From Schizochytrium sp. TIO01 (Eukaryota; Protista; Bigyra: Labyrinthulomycetes), in assembly GCA_004764695.1 (NCBI GenBank), contig SMSO01000034.1, positions 4,154,001-4,218,000 of the forward strand: DNA of 64,000 nucleotides, read 5' to 3'. Within the stretch, counting starts at the first letter, position 1. Each line of letters starts with the position of its first letter. The translations under genes and the position numbers were made by a program. Under the pieces are notes generated by a model, which saw only the letters and a program-made list of their open reading frames with translations, did not search any database and was not told where the DNA came from. Shown here piece by piece: positions 11,779 to 23,010 of this stretch.

Positions 11779-13389
11779 TTACTGTGAGCTCTTCTTTCGA
11801 GTACTGATCCTCCAAAGCGCAGGGTTGAGATTCTGAAGACGTTCGAGCTCAGAGCTAAAGTAAGAGTACCAGAGAACACCAAAGAAGACACAGCCAATAG
11901 ATATTGGTACGAAACCATCAAGCCAAACCTTGCACTTTTCTCCAGGTAGCTCTTCTCCTGTACAATCGTATACTGTAAGATGATCAACTACGAAAAGAAC
12001 AAATTGATTGGGCCACTTGCTTCCAAGATTGGCAATCGTGTTGAGAAGAGTCATGTATGTCCCGCCAATAGCAGGATCTGAAACTTGTGCGAAAAATCCC
12101 ATCATAGCAACAAACATAGCTGTAGAAAGCACGGAGTGCGCAATAAGGATTGAAAGAAGCCAGAACATAAATTCCCACGGCAATCCATCAGGATGGGCAG
12201 TAAAATCTGGGGCATAAAGCACGAGAAACATAGAGGCAAGACCTATAAAAACACGGGGCAAATATGCATGCTTGAAGAGAGTGGATAGTGGACGATCTGA
12301 TGTTTGTTTGGCAATTATGCCCGGTAATAAAATACTAAGCGGTGTAATGATGAGTGTGAGCGAAGCAACGTGTTCTTTCTTCATTCCACGTTCAACAAGT
12401 TTTCGTTGAGCAAGACTATCAGCAGCAGCAAAAGCAATGCCGCGAGTGGCAAGAACCATGAGAAGTGCTTGCACTCCGCGAAGCTTCAAAACACTGTGCA
12501 TCTGGGCGTAAGCCTCCGTGATGGAGTCAGGGATTTCTCCCTCTTCATGATGTGCAGAATCCTGGCCAAGTTCTGCATTGTTGATCATGGCATCCTTGCG
12601 TTCCGCCTCAGCCCGTTCTCGCTCGGTACGCTCATGCTTCAAGAAAGCGACAAGAGCTGTGACAATGATAAATATCCATCCCCAAATCCGCATAAACGTG
12701 CCGAGATCTGTGTACCCATACAGCTCAAGGCCCATGAAGCCGGTGAATGCAAGAAAGAATCCGAAGGTTTGGCCAACAGCATTACAGGTGGATGCATACC
12801 CAATATTGCGACGCGCAAGCATTGTCACTGCCCATCCATCTACGGCAATATCTTGCGTTGCTGCAAGTACATAAAATATAAAGAAGAGTGAAGTCAGCGC
12901 GTACACTTTGGGCTCCCCGTCGGTCTCTCCCAGCAGGTAAGGGAGATGTGATGGTGCCCAGATGAGCAATAGACCAATCAACATTTGCGTTGGGATAAGC
13001 CATGATTTTCTCCGTCCGAACTTCTCCACGAAAATTGTATCAACTACCGGTGCCCACAGGATCTTCAAGCTGTACGGCCAGGAGACGCTGCTAAAGATGC
13101 CCTGCTGCTCAAAGGTTAAATGTTTCTCCTGCAAGATTAAGTCCATCGTCTGGCTCAAACCCAATGGGACTCCCTGCAAGGTGTACAGTACCAGGAGGAG
13201 ACCTACATTAAGCCAGTCTCCCTCCATGCTAGGCACTGGACCTTTGTTTTCTGACTGCAACTGCTGAACAGGGCCCTCGTCAACGTTGAGCTGCTGCTTC
13301 TGTTGGGCTTGAACCAATCGACCCTGTTGCTCAGAGACCAAGTTCTCTTCAGGAGAGGAAGCCGCAGTACGCCGACGTGTACCGGACAT
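11779..13389 (-). CDS. SLC33A1: Acetyl-CoA transporter 1 (MFS, AT-1/AmpG family)
   Basis: 536 aa with multiple TM segments. Signatures LYTLQGVPLGL, WPYSLKILWAPVVD, GRRKSWLIP, ATQDIAVDGWA, DPAIGGTYMTLLNT. Confidence 0.93.
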   Translation of the reverse strand: MSGTRRRTAASSPEENLVSEQQGRLVQAQQKQQLNVDEGPVQQLQSENKGPVPSMEGDWLNVGLLLVLYTLQGVPLGLSQTMDLILQEKHLTFEQQGIFSSVSWPYSLKILWAPVVDTIFVEKFGRRKSWLIPTQMLIGLLLIWAPSHLPYLLGETDGEPKVYALTSLFFIFYVLAATQDIAVDGWAVTMLARRNIGYASTCNAVGQTFGFFLAFTGFMGLELYGYTDLGTFMRIWGWIFIIVTALVAFLKHERTERERAEAERKDAMINNAELGQDSAHHEEGEIPDSITEAYAQMHSVLKLRGVQALLMVLATRGIAFAAADSLAQRKLVERGMKKEHVASLTLIITPLSILLPGIIAKQTSDRPLSTLFKHAYLPRVFIGLASMFLVLYAPDFTAHPDGLPWEFMFWLLSILIAHSVLSTAMFVAMMGFFAQVSDPAIGGTYMTLLNTIANLGSKWPNQFVLFVVDHLTVYDCTGEELPGEKCKVWLDGFVPISIGCVFFGVLWYSYFSSELERLQNLNPALWRISTRKKSSQ

Positions 13390-14857
13390 CGCTGTTCCCC
13401 AACTGAGCCGCGCAGAGACCTGTAGACGGTATGTTCGAGCCAGAGTCAGGTGACTCGGATTTGTTTGTGGACTCTGTTGGTGTTGTTGTAGTCATTTCTT
13501 GTTATCAATGTACTTTTTTAAAGTCTTGTTCATCTGTTTTACTTTAAACTCTCTTCTTCAATGTTAGAGAAGGTTATAGTAGTAGGCAATTTGGGCCATT
13601 ATCTGAAGTTAACATCCAGGGGATTTCGAAAGTTTGCGAGAAGTACCGATGTCGTTTTCAAACGCTCTTGATATCTATCAAAGTTGGACTTGCATGACTT
13701 GTTTTCTTGAACAAACCTTCAGGGTTTCTAATTTAACTTTTCTTTTTTCTTTTTAAAAACCAGTAGAGTGAGTACCTAATTATTACATAAAGTTTACTAA
13801 AAGCAAGCAGAACTTCGGAAAATAGACTAAAACTAAAACTCTCTTCAAATGATCCTTGATTCAGACTAGATGCTCAGGGAGAGGCACATCTACAGCTCAC
13901 ACCCATGAAAGACTACGATGACAAGTCTGACCAGGTCGAAAATCCAATTTTTACGTACATACGGACGAGGGCTATTTCTTGATTTGGCCGAGATAGTGGC
14001 TTGAACTGTTTTTTAGTCTTTTCCTTATCTGCCAGACTGGACCATTTAAGTTAATTCTGACTTTTATCCGGAAAAAAAAAAAAAAAAAAAGGGGAGAAAG
14101 AAAGAAGAAAAGAGAGAACCATGAGAACGAGCCGAACACCGACTACTTCATCTCTTAACTGAGTGCAAAGAATTGCATTCTACTATTATCCATAATAATA
14201 ATTAATTAACATCAGGTTACAAGGTGGGCTTTCAAATGATAATGTGAAAGACTCGGGTTCATCAGCACTGGTCGAGGACCGAGTGCATTAGTAACTTTGA
14301 ATTTACTCTGCGGATTTAATTTGACTAAGCTCATGAACAGATGATGAGGTAAAAAACTTCAAAAATTCTGCTTAGCTAGTTTTATTTCTGGCTTGGAATG
14401 TGTATGAAAGCTTAAGAAATATCTGCTGTAGGATTTGATATTTTTGATATTTTGATAAGGATTTTATAGGAGAGCTTACGATGGCTTCTTTGCAGTTGGC
14501 ACGTCGAGTATATTGAAGTCAAATCATTCAACAGTGAATAACAGCAAGTATGTAGATCCAAAGAGCGTGACTTTCTGTATGTGTCTTATTGCACCTTGAA
14601 TTGCTCGACATAAATAGCATCTGGATATGTTGTACACAGAAAAAAGTAAATCTGAAAGTTACATGACGATGAGGCAGAGTTGCAAAAATGATGCATTGCA
14701 GTCACGGCAATGAGAAACGCAAGATGTATTATTGTGATTACATCAACTAAGATGTGATCTATTGGTTTGATGAAAAGAAAAAAAGCTGGCATATTTTTTT
14801 TGGTCTTTTTCATGTAAGATAAGTTTGTTTCGAACAAGGCAAGGGTTATGGAAGAGT

Positions 14858-17800
14858 TTAGAGGATGGGGACACGGTCAGTGCGGCCACCGCCCATACGG
14901 CCACCGCCAAATCCAGTGCGAGGCCTGAAGCCACCGCGAGTGCGAGTGCGGTTGCCACGGCCTCCACGTCCGGAGCGGCCAAAGCTGCTAGAGAATGCGT
15001 TTCCACTGCTTTCGCCACCCTTGCTGTCACCACCCTTGCGACCACCGCGTCCGCCGCGACCACCACGGCCACCGCGAGATCCACCACGACCACCCTTGGT
15101 CTCGTCACGGTCCCTGCGTCCACGACTGTCCGCAAAGGCATCAAAGTTGAGCAGACGTTCGTTGCCCTCAACGAGCACATTAAGGTGGTCGGAGAACTGA
15201 AGAGCAAGTGCCTGCAAGTGCGTCGGCTCGCGCTTGTGAAGCACGAGGGTATCAGTGATCTCATCCCAGGAGGCGAAAAGGTCTCCAGTAATGATCAGCT
15301 TGGAGATGACGGCGTGCACCTTGGCGCGGTCCATCTCAAACAGCTCACAGAGGTAGTCGCGGCGTACTGTGCGGTAGAGGCTCGAGTAAGTGTAGCACCA
15401 CACGCGGAGGGCCTCCTCCTTGACCTTCTCCTTGATGAGCTCGCGGACGGCATCTCCGTTGGGCATGAGGTCCCAGACAGGAAGCTTGAGCAGAAGCTCG
15501 TTAGCCTCACGCCAGTTAGCCTCCTGGAGGTTCTGGGCAGCTACGAGAACGTGGTCACGGGTGGACTCAGGCTCTCCGGTGAATGCCTGGCGGGACTGAA
15601 TCTCCAGAAGTCGAAGGAAGGAGCGGGAGTGCACGTAGCGGGACTCAAATTCGATAGCCATAGTCGGCACCTCGAGAAGCATAGCAGAGGTGAGGAAAAC
15701 AGCGTCGAGGAGCTCAAGGGAGAGGTGCTGGTGGAAGGGCATGAGGCGGCGCTTCTCTGCGGCCTCTTGAGACAAGTTACGCTCGCTGTAGTTGCGCCAT
15801 CCAAGACCCTGAGCAAGAAGTTCCTTCTCCTTCTTGTTGCCACAGATCTCCATCAAACAGGCATGGGCCTCCTTGTGCAGACCAGTGCGGAAAGCTGCGA
15901 ATCCGAGCATGACCAACGTGCGGTTGTGCATGATCTTGGTCTCAATATCTGCGTTACCAATGTGGTCCTGCAGGCGACTCATGAGCAGAAGATCACGGGC
16001 CTTGTGGAAATCGTCGTGGTGGGCATGGTAGAAGATGGAGCACAACAGGGCGCGGGCCTGGCTGCGCGAGTCTCCCTCCTGGTAGATGAAGGTGGAGAGG
16101 TCCTCAAGCATCTCACCAGGGCTGTACTCCACAGGAAGGTCTGCTGCAATCTGGCTAGGAGCTCCGAGAGCGGCAGCAGGGTGAGACTTGGAGAAGTCCT
16201 CGCTGCTGGTGCTGTCCTCAGAAGTCCAACTGGCAGGGTGGAGGTCGTCGCGGGATCCGTAGATGCGCTGGAACTCCTGCTCCTTGGCGAGCTTAAGCGC
16301 GATGGAGTCGAGCTTGTAGTAGATGTGCTCCACGCAGATGAGCGCGAGACGGCTGGCTGTGGCAGGGTTCTCAGCACGCTTGTAGTATTCCATGACATCG
16401 AGCGCGACGTCAACAAGGATACCCTCGTCTCCGAGACGTGTAATGTAGTCCTGGGAGTGAGGGTCCGACTGACGGAGGCTCTTGGTGTACTCATCAGCAA
16501 GGCGCTCCACAAAGATGCAAAGGTCACCAACGACGCGAACAACATTGCCAGAGCCTCCGTCGAGGAGAGGAGAGCTGTCCTCTTCCTCCTCGTCCTGTGC
16601 AGGATCCTCTTCATCCTGCTCAGGTCCACCAGCGGCCTTGCGTTTCTCAGCTTCTGCGCGTTTGCGTTCAGCAAAAGCCTTGGCCTTCTCAGCCTTGTCT
16701 CGCGCGAGACTCGAGAGAGCACCAAGTTCATCTCCAGTGAAGTTGGTCAGTGTGAGCGCAGGGTTCTCGGCAAGAAGCCTCAAGACAAAGCGAATGTCCT
16801 TCACGGTCTGCCTCCACAATGCAGGCGGCATGTGTTCGTCAACACCTGTGCGAATGTCAAAGGCAGCTGAGATGCAGTGCATAAGTCCACCGATCATCTT
16901 GGGTGCTCCCTGCGGCAGAATGAGTGCAACCAATTTACGCATCTTCTCCAGGTGCTCGAAGCGGTTCACTCCCTTCTTACCTCTTTGGGCCACAAGAAGC
17001 ATAAGCCTCTCGTCAATCTGCTTCGGGCTAAGGACCTCAACTTCTTCAGACTTGGACTCCTTGGCACGCTGGGCCTCCTCCTTGAGCCTCTTCTTCTCCT
17101 CCATCTTTCTGGCGCGCTCAGCAGCCTGGGCGGCCTCCTCCTCCTTGGTGAGACGCTTGGTAGTGGTGGTAGCAATGGACCTCTTCACCCATCTTGCGCG
17201 GCCAGTGAGCTGCTGCACACCCTCGTCGTCGCTGGAGCTTGAGGAAGAGTCGCTCATCCAGTCCGGCTGCTCAGAGTCATCAGAGTCCGAGCCGGAGCCC
17301 GACTCAGACTCAGACTCGGACTCAGAAGAGCTGGAGCTGGAGCTAGAGCTGGAGCTAGAGCTGGATCCAGAGCTGGAGCTGGAGTCGGAGTCGGAGTCAG
17401 AGGACGCATCGGCCTCGTTTTCAGCAGAGGCGACGGCCTTGTCTATCAAGGTCTGGAACTCAGCGACCTGCTTGGGCACACGGGCGCGGAGCCTGTTGTA
17501 GGCCTTGTTGTTGGTCTTCGAGAGCTTCTTGAGTGCGGGCTTATCAAGGAAGAGGGTGGAAATAGCCTCGTTAAGCTCGTTAATGGCGAGAAGGAAGGGG
17601 GTGACGTGCTTGTTGCCGTTGGCGCGCTTGGCCTTGTCGGCCTCGGTGTTGAGCGTGGCATATTGGCTGAGTGCCTCATTCCAGTCGTTCACTTTGAGAG
17701 AGTTCTTAATCTGGCGCGCAACCTTACGCACGGCGTCAAGGGTCTTCACGTCGGCGGTCTTCACGATGCGGCCCTCATCGTCTGAGTCTGAGTCCGAGTC

Positions 17801-17905
17801 GCTGTCGATCGCCCAGGTGCGAGCCTGAGCCTGTTGCTGCTGCTGCGTTTGCTGCTGCTCCTCCTCTTCGTCACTGCTGGCGTCTCCGCCCCAAAACTTC
17901 GACAT
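14858..17905 (-). CDS. EIF3C: Translation initiation factor 3 subunit C
   Basis: 1015 aa. MSKFW-acidic N-terminus, RGKKG, ARDLLLMS.LQ, EKRRLMPFHQHLSLELL, PCI-domain region (EEALR...ISKLII...ASWD) and an RGG-rich tail. Confidence 0.95.
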   Translation of the reverse strand: MSKFWGGDASSDEEEEQQQTQQQQQAQARTWAIDSDSDSDSDDEGRIVKTADVKTLDAVRKVARQIKNSLKVNDWNEALSQYATLNTEADKAKRANGNKHVTPFLLAINELNEAISTLFLDKPALKKLSKTNNKAYNRLRARVPKQVAEFQTLIDKAVASAENEADASSDSDSDSSSSSGSSSSSSSSSSSSSSESESESESGSGSDSDDSEQPDWMSDSSSSSSDDEGVQQLTGRARWVKRSIATTTTKRLTKEEEAAQAAERARKMEEKKRLKEEAQRAKESKSEEVEVLSPKQIDERLMLLVAQRGKKGVNRFEHLEKMRKLVALILPQGAPKMIGGLMHCISAAFDIRTGVDEHMPPALWRQTVKDIRFVLRLLAENPALTLTNFTGDELGALSSLARDKAEKAKAFAERKRAEAEKRKAAGGPEQDEEDPAQDEEEEDSSPLLDGGSGNVVRVVGDLCIFVERLADEYTKSLRQSDPHSQDYITRLGDEGILVDVALDVMEYYKRAENPATASRLALICVEHIYYKLDSIALKLAKEQEFQRIYGSRDDLHPASWTSEDSTSSEDFSKSHPAAALGAPSQIAADLPVEYSPGEMLEDLSTFIYQEGDSRSQARALLCSIFYHAHHDDFHKARDLLLMSRLQDHIGNADIETKIMHNRTLVMLGFAAFRTGLHKEAHACLMEICGNKKEKELLAQGLGWRNYSERNLSQEAAEKRRLMPFHQHLSLELLDAVFLTSAMLLEVPTMAIEFESRYVHSRSFLRLLEIQSRQAFTGEPESTRDHVLVAAQNLQEANWREANELLLKLPVWDLMPNGDAVRELIKEKVKEEALRVWCYTYSSLYRTVRRDYLCELFEMDRAKVHAVISKLIITGDLFASWDEITDTLVLHKREPTHLQALALQFSDHLNVLVEGNERLLNFDAFADSRGRRDRDETKGGRGGSRGGRGGRGGRGGRKGGDSKGGESSGNAFSSSFGRSGRGGRGNRTRTRGGFRPRTGFGGGRMGGGRTDRVPIL
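17270..17400 (-). repeat. Hexamer-based Ser/Asp/Glu low-complexity repeat inside EIF3C
   Basis: GAGCTG/GAGTCG/GACTCA hexamer runs on the plus strand encode SDSDSSSSSGSSSS...ESESESESG on the minus strand. Confidence 0.8.
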
Positions 17906-19734
17906 GTTGCTTGGCTTTGTTCTGTGGAGTTATCCACAGCTGTTGCGATTCCGTGTCTCGACGATTCGAAATAGATAGAATAGATGAAGATCGAGGCGTC
18001 TTGCGACCACGATCTGTTCCAACAACACAGAAAGGTTAAAGAAGATCGAGGCGTCGGAGACGGTCTCGGTCCACAAAGCTTCCTAAGAACAGGAGCTTAA
18101 GTCTGGGATAGATGAAGGATGATCTCCTTGGCGCTAGCTGGCAGCCAATGGATGAATGGATGCACGATCCGCGACCGTTCGCTTACTGCGAGCAAGCACG
18201 GGAATAGAGAGGCTCTGGGGCTCTGCGCGAGCTCCAAACGACCTCTAATATAAGTCTTGCGTCGAGCGAGGCGCCCTACACCACCGCCGCGACCGTATTA
18301 TCTCCGCACGCCGCCGCGCGCAGCCTGTCGTCTGCTTCTCCTTTTTCAACAGAGGCCTTTTCAATGGATCAGTGCTCCTATTCCCTTTCCTCTAAGACTT
18401 TCTACTAACCAACTATCTGCCCATCTAACTATCTAACTATCTAGCTATACTTACTTACCCATATTCATCTATTTAACTAGCAGGCTAACTAGCTAGCTAG
18501 CTGACTAACCAACTTACTATTGCTTACTTAATTACCCAGTTACGATATAATATAATACTCAAGCTACGCACGCTACTACGCCTTATACCAGCCACTGATA
18601 TTACCACTGTTTGCTAGCTAAGACCTAGTACCTACTGCTACCCGCTTCTTCCGCTTCTCTTCACTTCGCTTCGGTATACTCTACTTGCCGCGCCCTTTTC
18701 TCCACTTGCGATCGCTATGGTCTATAGAACTAATTGACTTAGTCAAGTGGAATATGATGTGTATTCTCGCAAACATTCATTTTGCTCTGCTAAACGCAAT
18801 CGATTCCCCGTATTCTCCGAGCCCGGATGTCTCGTTTTTCTGACTTGAAGAATGTAATGTTGGTCTCGCACAGAAATGATCCAAGGCAAGAACACCAATG
18901 CAGTAAATGGCGATCAGCAATCGGAAATTGAGCGTAAATTGATGTTAATGCTTTCATAGGGCGCCTCTTACTTGAACCTGCACTTGCAGCAGCAAAATCT
19001 GATCAAAAGAATCACGATTCGAGTGATTCATGGTAGTCTTCATCAAGAACAACAGAACAATGATGTAACGACTGCTAGTCCGTCTTATATAAAACTAAAG
19101 CTGAGTACGGATACAATTTTGCAAAATTCAAGATCAAAGATTAATCTCTTCGTTTTCGATCTTGAGTGATACAATATAACTAGAACACTCGGGCAGAGAA
19201 ATATGATAAGCCCATTTATCACAAGCAGCTCGCATATCTTGGGCTTTCGAACGTTCTTCACGTAAATATTCCAGTCTCATCCACTGATTCATAGCAGAAA
19301 TATATAGGAGCCAAAGTTACAATCATTGCGTTCACTTAGAAAGGGGGGCTCTTCCTCTATCAAGTAAGCTAGCAAAGATTCGGGGTTGTAAGAGTTGGGC
19401 GCGAACTAGCGCCGTATTATATGGTAGTTAGGTTAACAAGGCAGATGACACACCTTGTTTACCGTTGAGCACTACCTATTAATAAGTACTTAATAGGTAG
19501 GTTAGATAGTAAGATAGTAGGTAGTCATCTTAAGAGAGTAAATTTAGGCGCCTAATACGATCTTTTTCCTACTTTTCGAATGTAAACGGGCAGCATTAGA
19601 TAGACAACTATGAGCTAAACAAAGGGATACAACCGTAAAGATACATTCATATGTAAAGCTGATCGCAAAATGATCTGCTTTCCAAAGAAAGTGTATCTTT
19701 GCTCAGTTACATTTGCACATTAAAGTATGAAGAA

Positions 19735-21300
19735 TTTACAGTCTATTTTTGAAAGTTGTGCTCTCATAAATTATGGAGATTTTATCTCCGCTGCGTCTGT
19801 TTCCTCTATGTAAGTGTGTAATACAATATGCTACGTAAACAACAGAGCAATTGTTATGTATCACCAAATAAAACAATTGATTGTCTAGGCCAAAGTTTAG
19901 TTTTGCTGTACGAGGTAGTACAAAGCTTGTTTTCATGCATACTGCATTGATGTAAGGATTAAAAATCCATGTAATTGTTCGATTTAATTTTTGCAAAGCT
20001 AGCTTAAGCGTATCAAGGCCACCTCAAAAATTCATTCTATGATATCTTTTGGACCCCAGTCAGGATTTCATTTTTCTCGCTGAATATTTTGCAATTAAAG
20101 ATTGCATTGAGGTGATCTTTATCCTCGATTCTTTCCAAGAAAGCAGCTATTTGTTTGCATTTGATATAAGAGTATATCGTTATGACATTTGAGTTCCGGC
20201 ATAGAAATATCACCATCCAAGAGCTTGCATATTCATCTTTTGTAATGCTTGTTTGAAGACCTAAAATATCCAATTCAATAAACTTTATAAATGATGTACA
20301 TGTTGATTCGTTGAATCTTATAGAAGGCACAGCATCAATCTACATTAGATAAGGGAGAGCTTGTTTTTCCTGTTGAAGGGGCTAGTGATAACTCTGATTA
20401 TTGTTTGTAAACTTTTCCAAACCTTAATCTTCACCAAAGATATTAATCAATGGCTCCACCATACAAAGAGTATGAAACATGATTCAAAAGTTAAGAGCCG
20501 CATGAATTATAAGGTTGCGCTTCTGTTCATATGTGTCATATGTGAAGATTTAAAGTTGTGCTTTAAAATTATGATCATGTGTGAAGATTTAAGGTTGCGC
20601 TTAAAATTGTGTTCTTGTGTGAGGATTTTAAGTTGTGCTTTAAATTATGATCGTGTGTGAAGGTTTAAAGTTTGGAAATAGTGAACATGCGGCATTCTTT
20701 AATTGGTCTGAGAGATTGTTTTGGCTTGAGTTCTTACTCTGGCTATCTATCTTTTCCAAGGAGTTGCAGTTGGCGACCAAAAGTGATTATACAATGGAAA
20801 TTGAAGGACCTACATTCTCATCAACGACATCTTTGCAAAAGTGCTCAGCATCATCAATATTATCAGATCATGGAGGTTTTATGTAAGATATATATTCTAC
20901 TTGCCCGGTGCTCAATCGGAAGCCTTGGATTTGATTAATAATGCAATTTTTCTTCTTCTATATATTTCCCTATAGTTGTCCGCTCGAATTATTAGTCTTA
21001 CTGTCCAGCTCATTCTCTTTAAGTGTACTATCTTGAAGCTTTGAGAATACTTATTCTTCGTTTGACATCAGATAACTTGTGCTTTGCCTTACTCAACCCA
21101 ATGGATATTTTAAATTTATATGCTGGCTACGTCCCACAAGATCATAAGAAAGCTGGCTTTCACGTTTATCAGTTCAAGTTCATTTGCATCGTGGATTGAT
21201 GAATCCATGTGGAAGCACAAATTTCGATGGATCATTCATCAGTCATCCACCCAAGACACGCTCCAGCAACGTTGCGCGAAAAATTTGTGATTCTAAAGTA
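19735..21300 (-). pseudogene. Decayed unidentified coding relic
   Basis: Long protein-like minus-strand stretches interrupted by scattered stops (e.g. DNIDDAEHFCKDVVDENV and the 97-aa piece at 20037-20330). No family recognised. Confidence 0.25.
20505..20673. repeat. 38/39-bp minisatellite with alternating A/B units
   Basis: Units start at 20541, 20580, 20618 and 20656 (partial), each beginning TGTGA(A/G)G(A/G)TTT. A partial B-type unit lies at about 20505-20533. Confidence 0.85.
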
Positions 21301-22987
21301 AGTCTCTTCTACTCATTTACCTGCACAAAACCATAACCATACAGGATACTCTCTGAAAATGACAAGGTTCTTGCACAAGCACAAGCAAAGAAATCCACGC
21401 CCAAGTCGTTAGTCCCGTTGTAGTTATATGATTGCACTCAATATTCTACCATTCTAATATTCCTCTGTTGCGAAGATACAGAAAAGTAAGTTTCCAACAA
21501 GCACATTTGTTAATTTTAACAATATGTTCGTACAGAATTCATGGCAGGAGTTCCTTCTTCTTAACTTTTGCTCCCTTTATAGAACCTATGGGACTCATGC
21601 GAGAGGAGGCTCCCAACTATTATCACTCAGGCCACCACGCCATGTCACAAAGCTGTCGTGTGTAGCATAAAACGCCAGTCCGGGGCTGTATTATAACCGA
21701 GACTCACAAAAAGAAAAGCAAGTTTTGTTTTATCTTTCTTTGAAAGTAAGTAGAAAAGCGGCTACTACTACCCCCTTAGTACCCAGTATTTTCAGCAGCA
21801 TTCTAAAAACAGATAGACTGGAGAGAAAAGTAAACAAAAGCTACTTGAAGCTTGCCATCAAGAGACAAGCTTAAACTCGCCCAACGCTAGTATTCGACAA
21901 ATGCGATCGATCATAATTAAATTATCTTTCTAGGGCCTCCACTTTACAGCAAGGAAGACACTCAGCAGGTTCGGGTAGTATCGATTCTCTATTCTAGAGC
22001 ACTTGAAGGTCAAAAGGAAGTGTAGTGTGTATTTGTATCAACCTGGGTGGCGGTCAATGGCCAGCGAGCGACTTTCTCTGCGTAATTGTAGAACTACCCT
22101 GTCATCTGAGCGTTGGAGACCCTGCTCAGAAGGCAAAGCGCATGCGCTAAAGACGATCAACCCTTTGGCACAAGAATACGATGCAAGTCTCGCCATTATT
22201 AATTCTTTCAGATTAGATTCTTCAACTTCGTGGGCCAAACACTCCACGCCAGCCATTCGATTCAGACTTTTGCATCATCATGATCAGCATAAACTCTCAG
22301 TCTGGCCCCAAAAGCATCATATTAGCCAGAACCTAAGTTCTACTTACCTCTTTGCATCCAATTCAGGTCCGTAGGTACTTGGCGAATTTGTATACCACGA
22401 TGATTGATCCCCAAAATGGTATGAGTGATATGCTTAAAGCTCACCTTGTACGGGTGGCTGAATGCGATTGAGCATGAAAGCTGTAGAAGTAAAGAATCTG
22501 TTGTAGCGAAAGAGACCCCCGAGGAAGAAGCCATTTAGCAGCATGGTATGTAGGTAGGTAGTTGGTCACCCTCTTGACGATGAAACCTGAATGATTGATC
22601 ATTGCAAACGTGACTAGTTGAGGTCGTGTAACTGGGTACCTACCTAGCTTACGACCCTCGCTAAGTATGTATTTGTTTTCTCAGCTAATACTACCAATTC
22701 TTTGGTGCCAAAGTTCCTCCACCTAATCGATGAAAGTCATAGCAACAATATAGGAAATTCTCTGTCCTAACCTTGGAGATCTTTGACACTTTGCTCCAAG
22801 TTCAATTTCTTGTAAACTTGAGGAAATCTCAAGCCTTGCATTCAATCGAAACACTTACTTGCTACTCGCGCACCATCCGTTCCTGGTTCTTTGATGGCGT
22901 CAAGCACGCACGGCATCAGGGAGACAACTCCTGTTTAGGGAAGGACTGCCGCCACTGGAAGGTCCCCCCCAAATCGGGGGAGGTGCC

Positions 22988-23010
22988 TGATTGATTGATT
23001 GATTGATTGA
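22988..23010. repeat. (TGAT)n microsatellite
   Basis: Directly visible. Confidence 0.9.

Noticed and set aside
14825-16870. 681-aa plus-strand ORF, and 339-aa ORF at 16482-17501
   Set aside because: Antisense shadows of the strongly codon-biased EIF3C; non-ATG starts and no recognisable domain.
20541-20673. CRISPR-like periodicity
   Set aside because: Units are contiguous with no unique spacers, there are no cas genes, and the context is eukaryotic.
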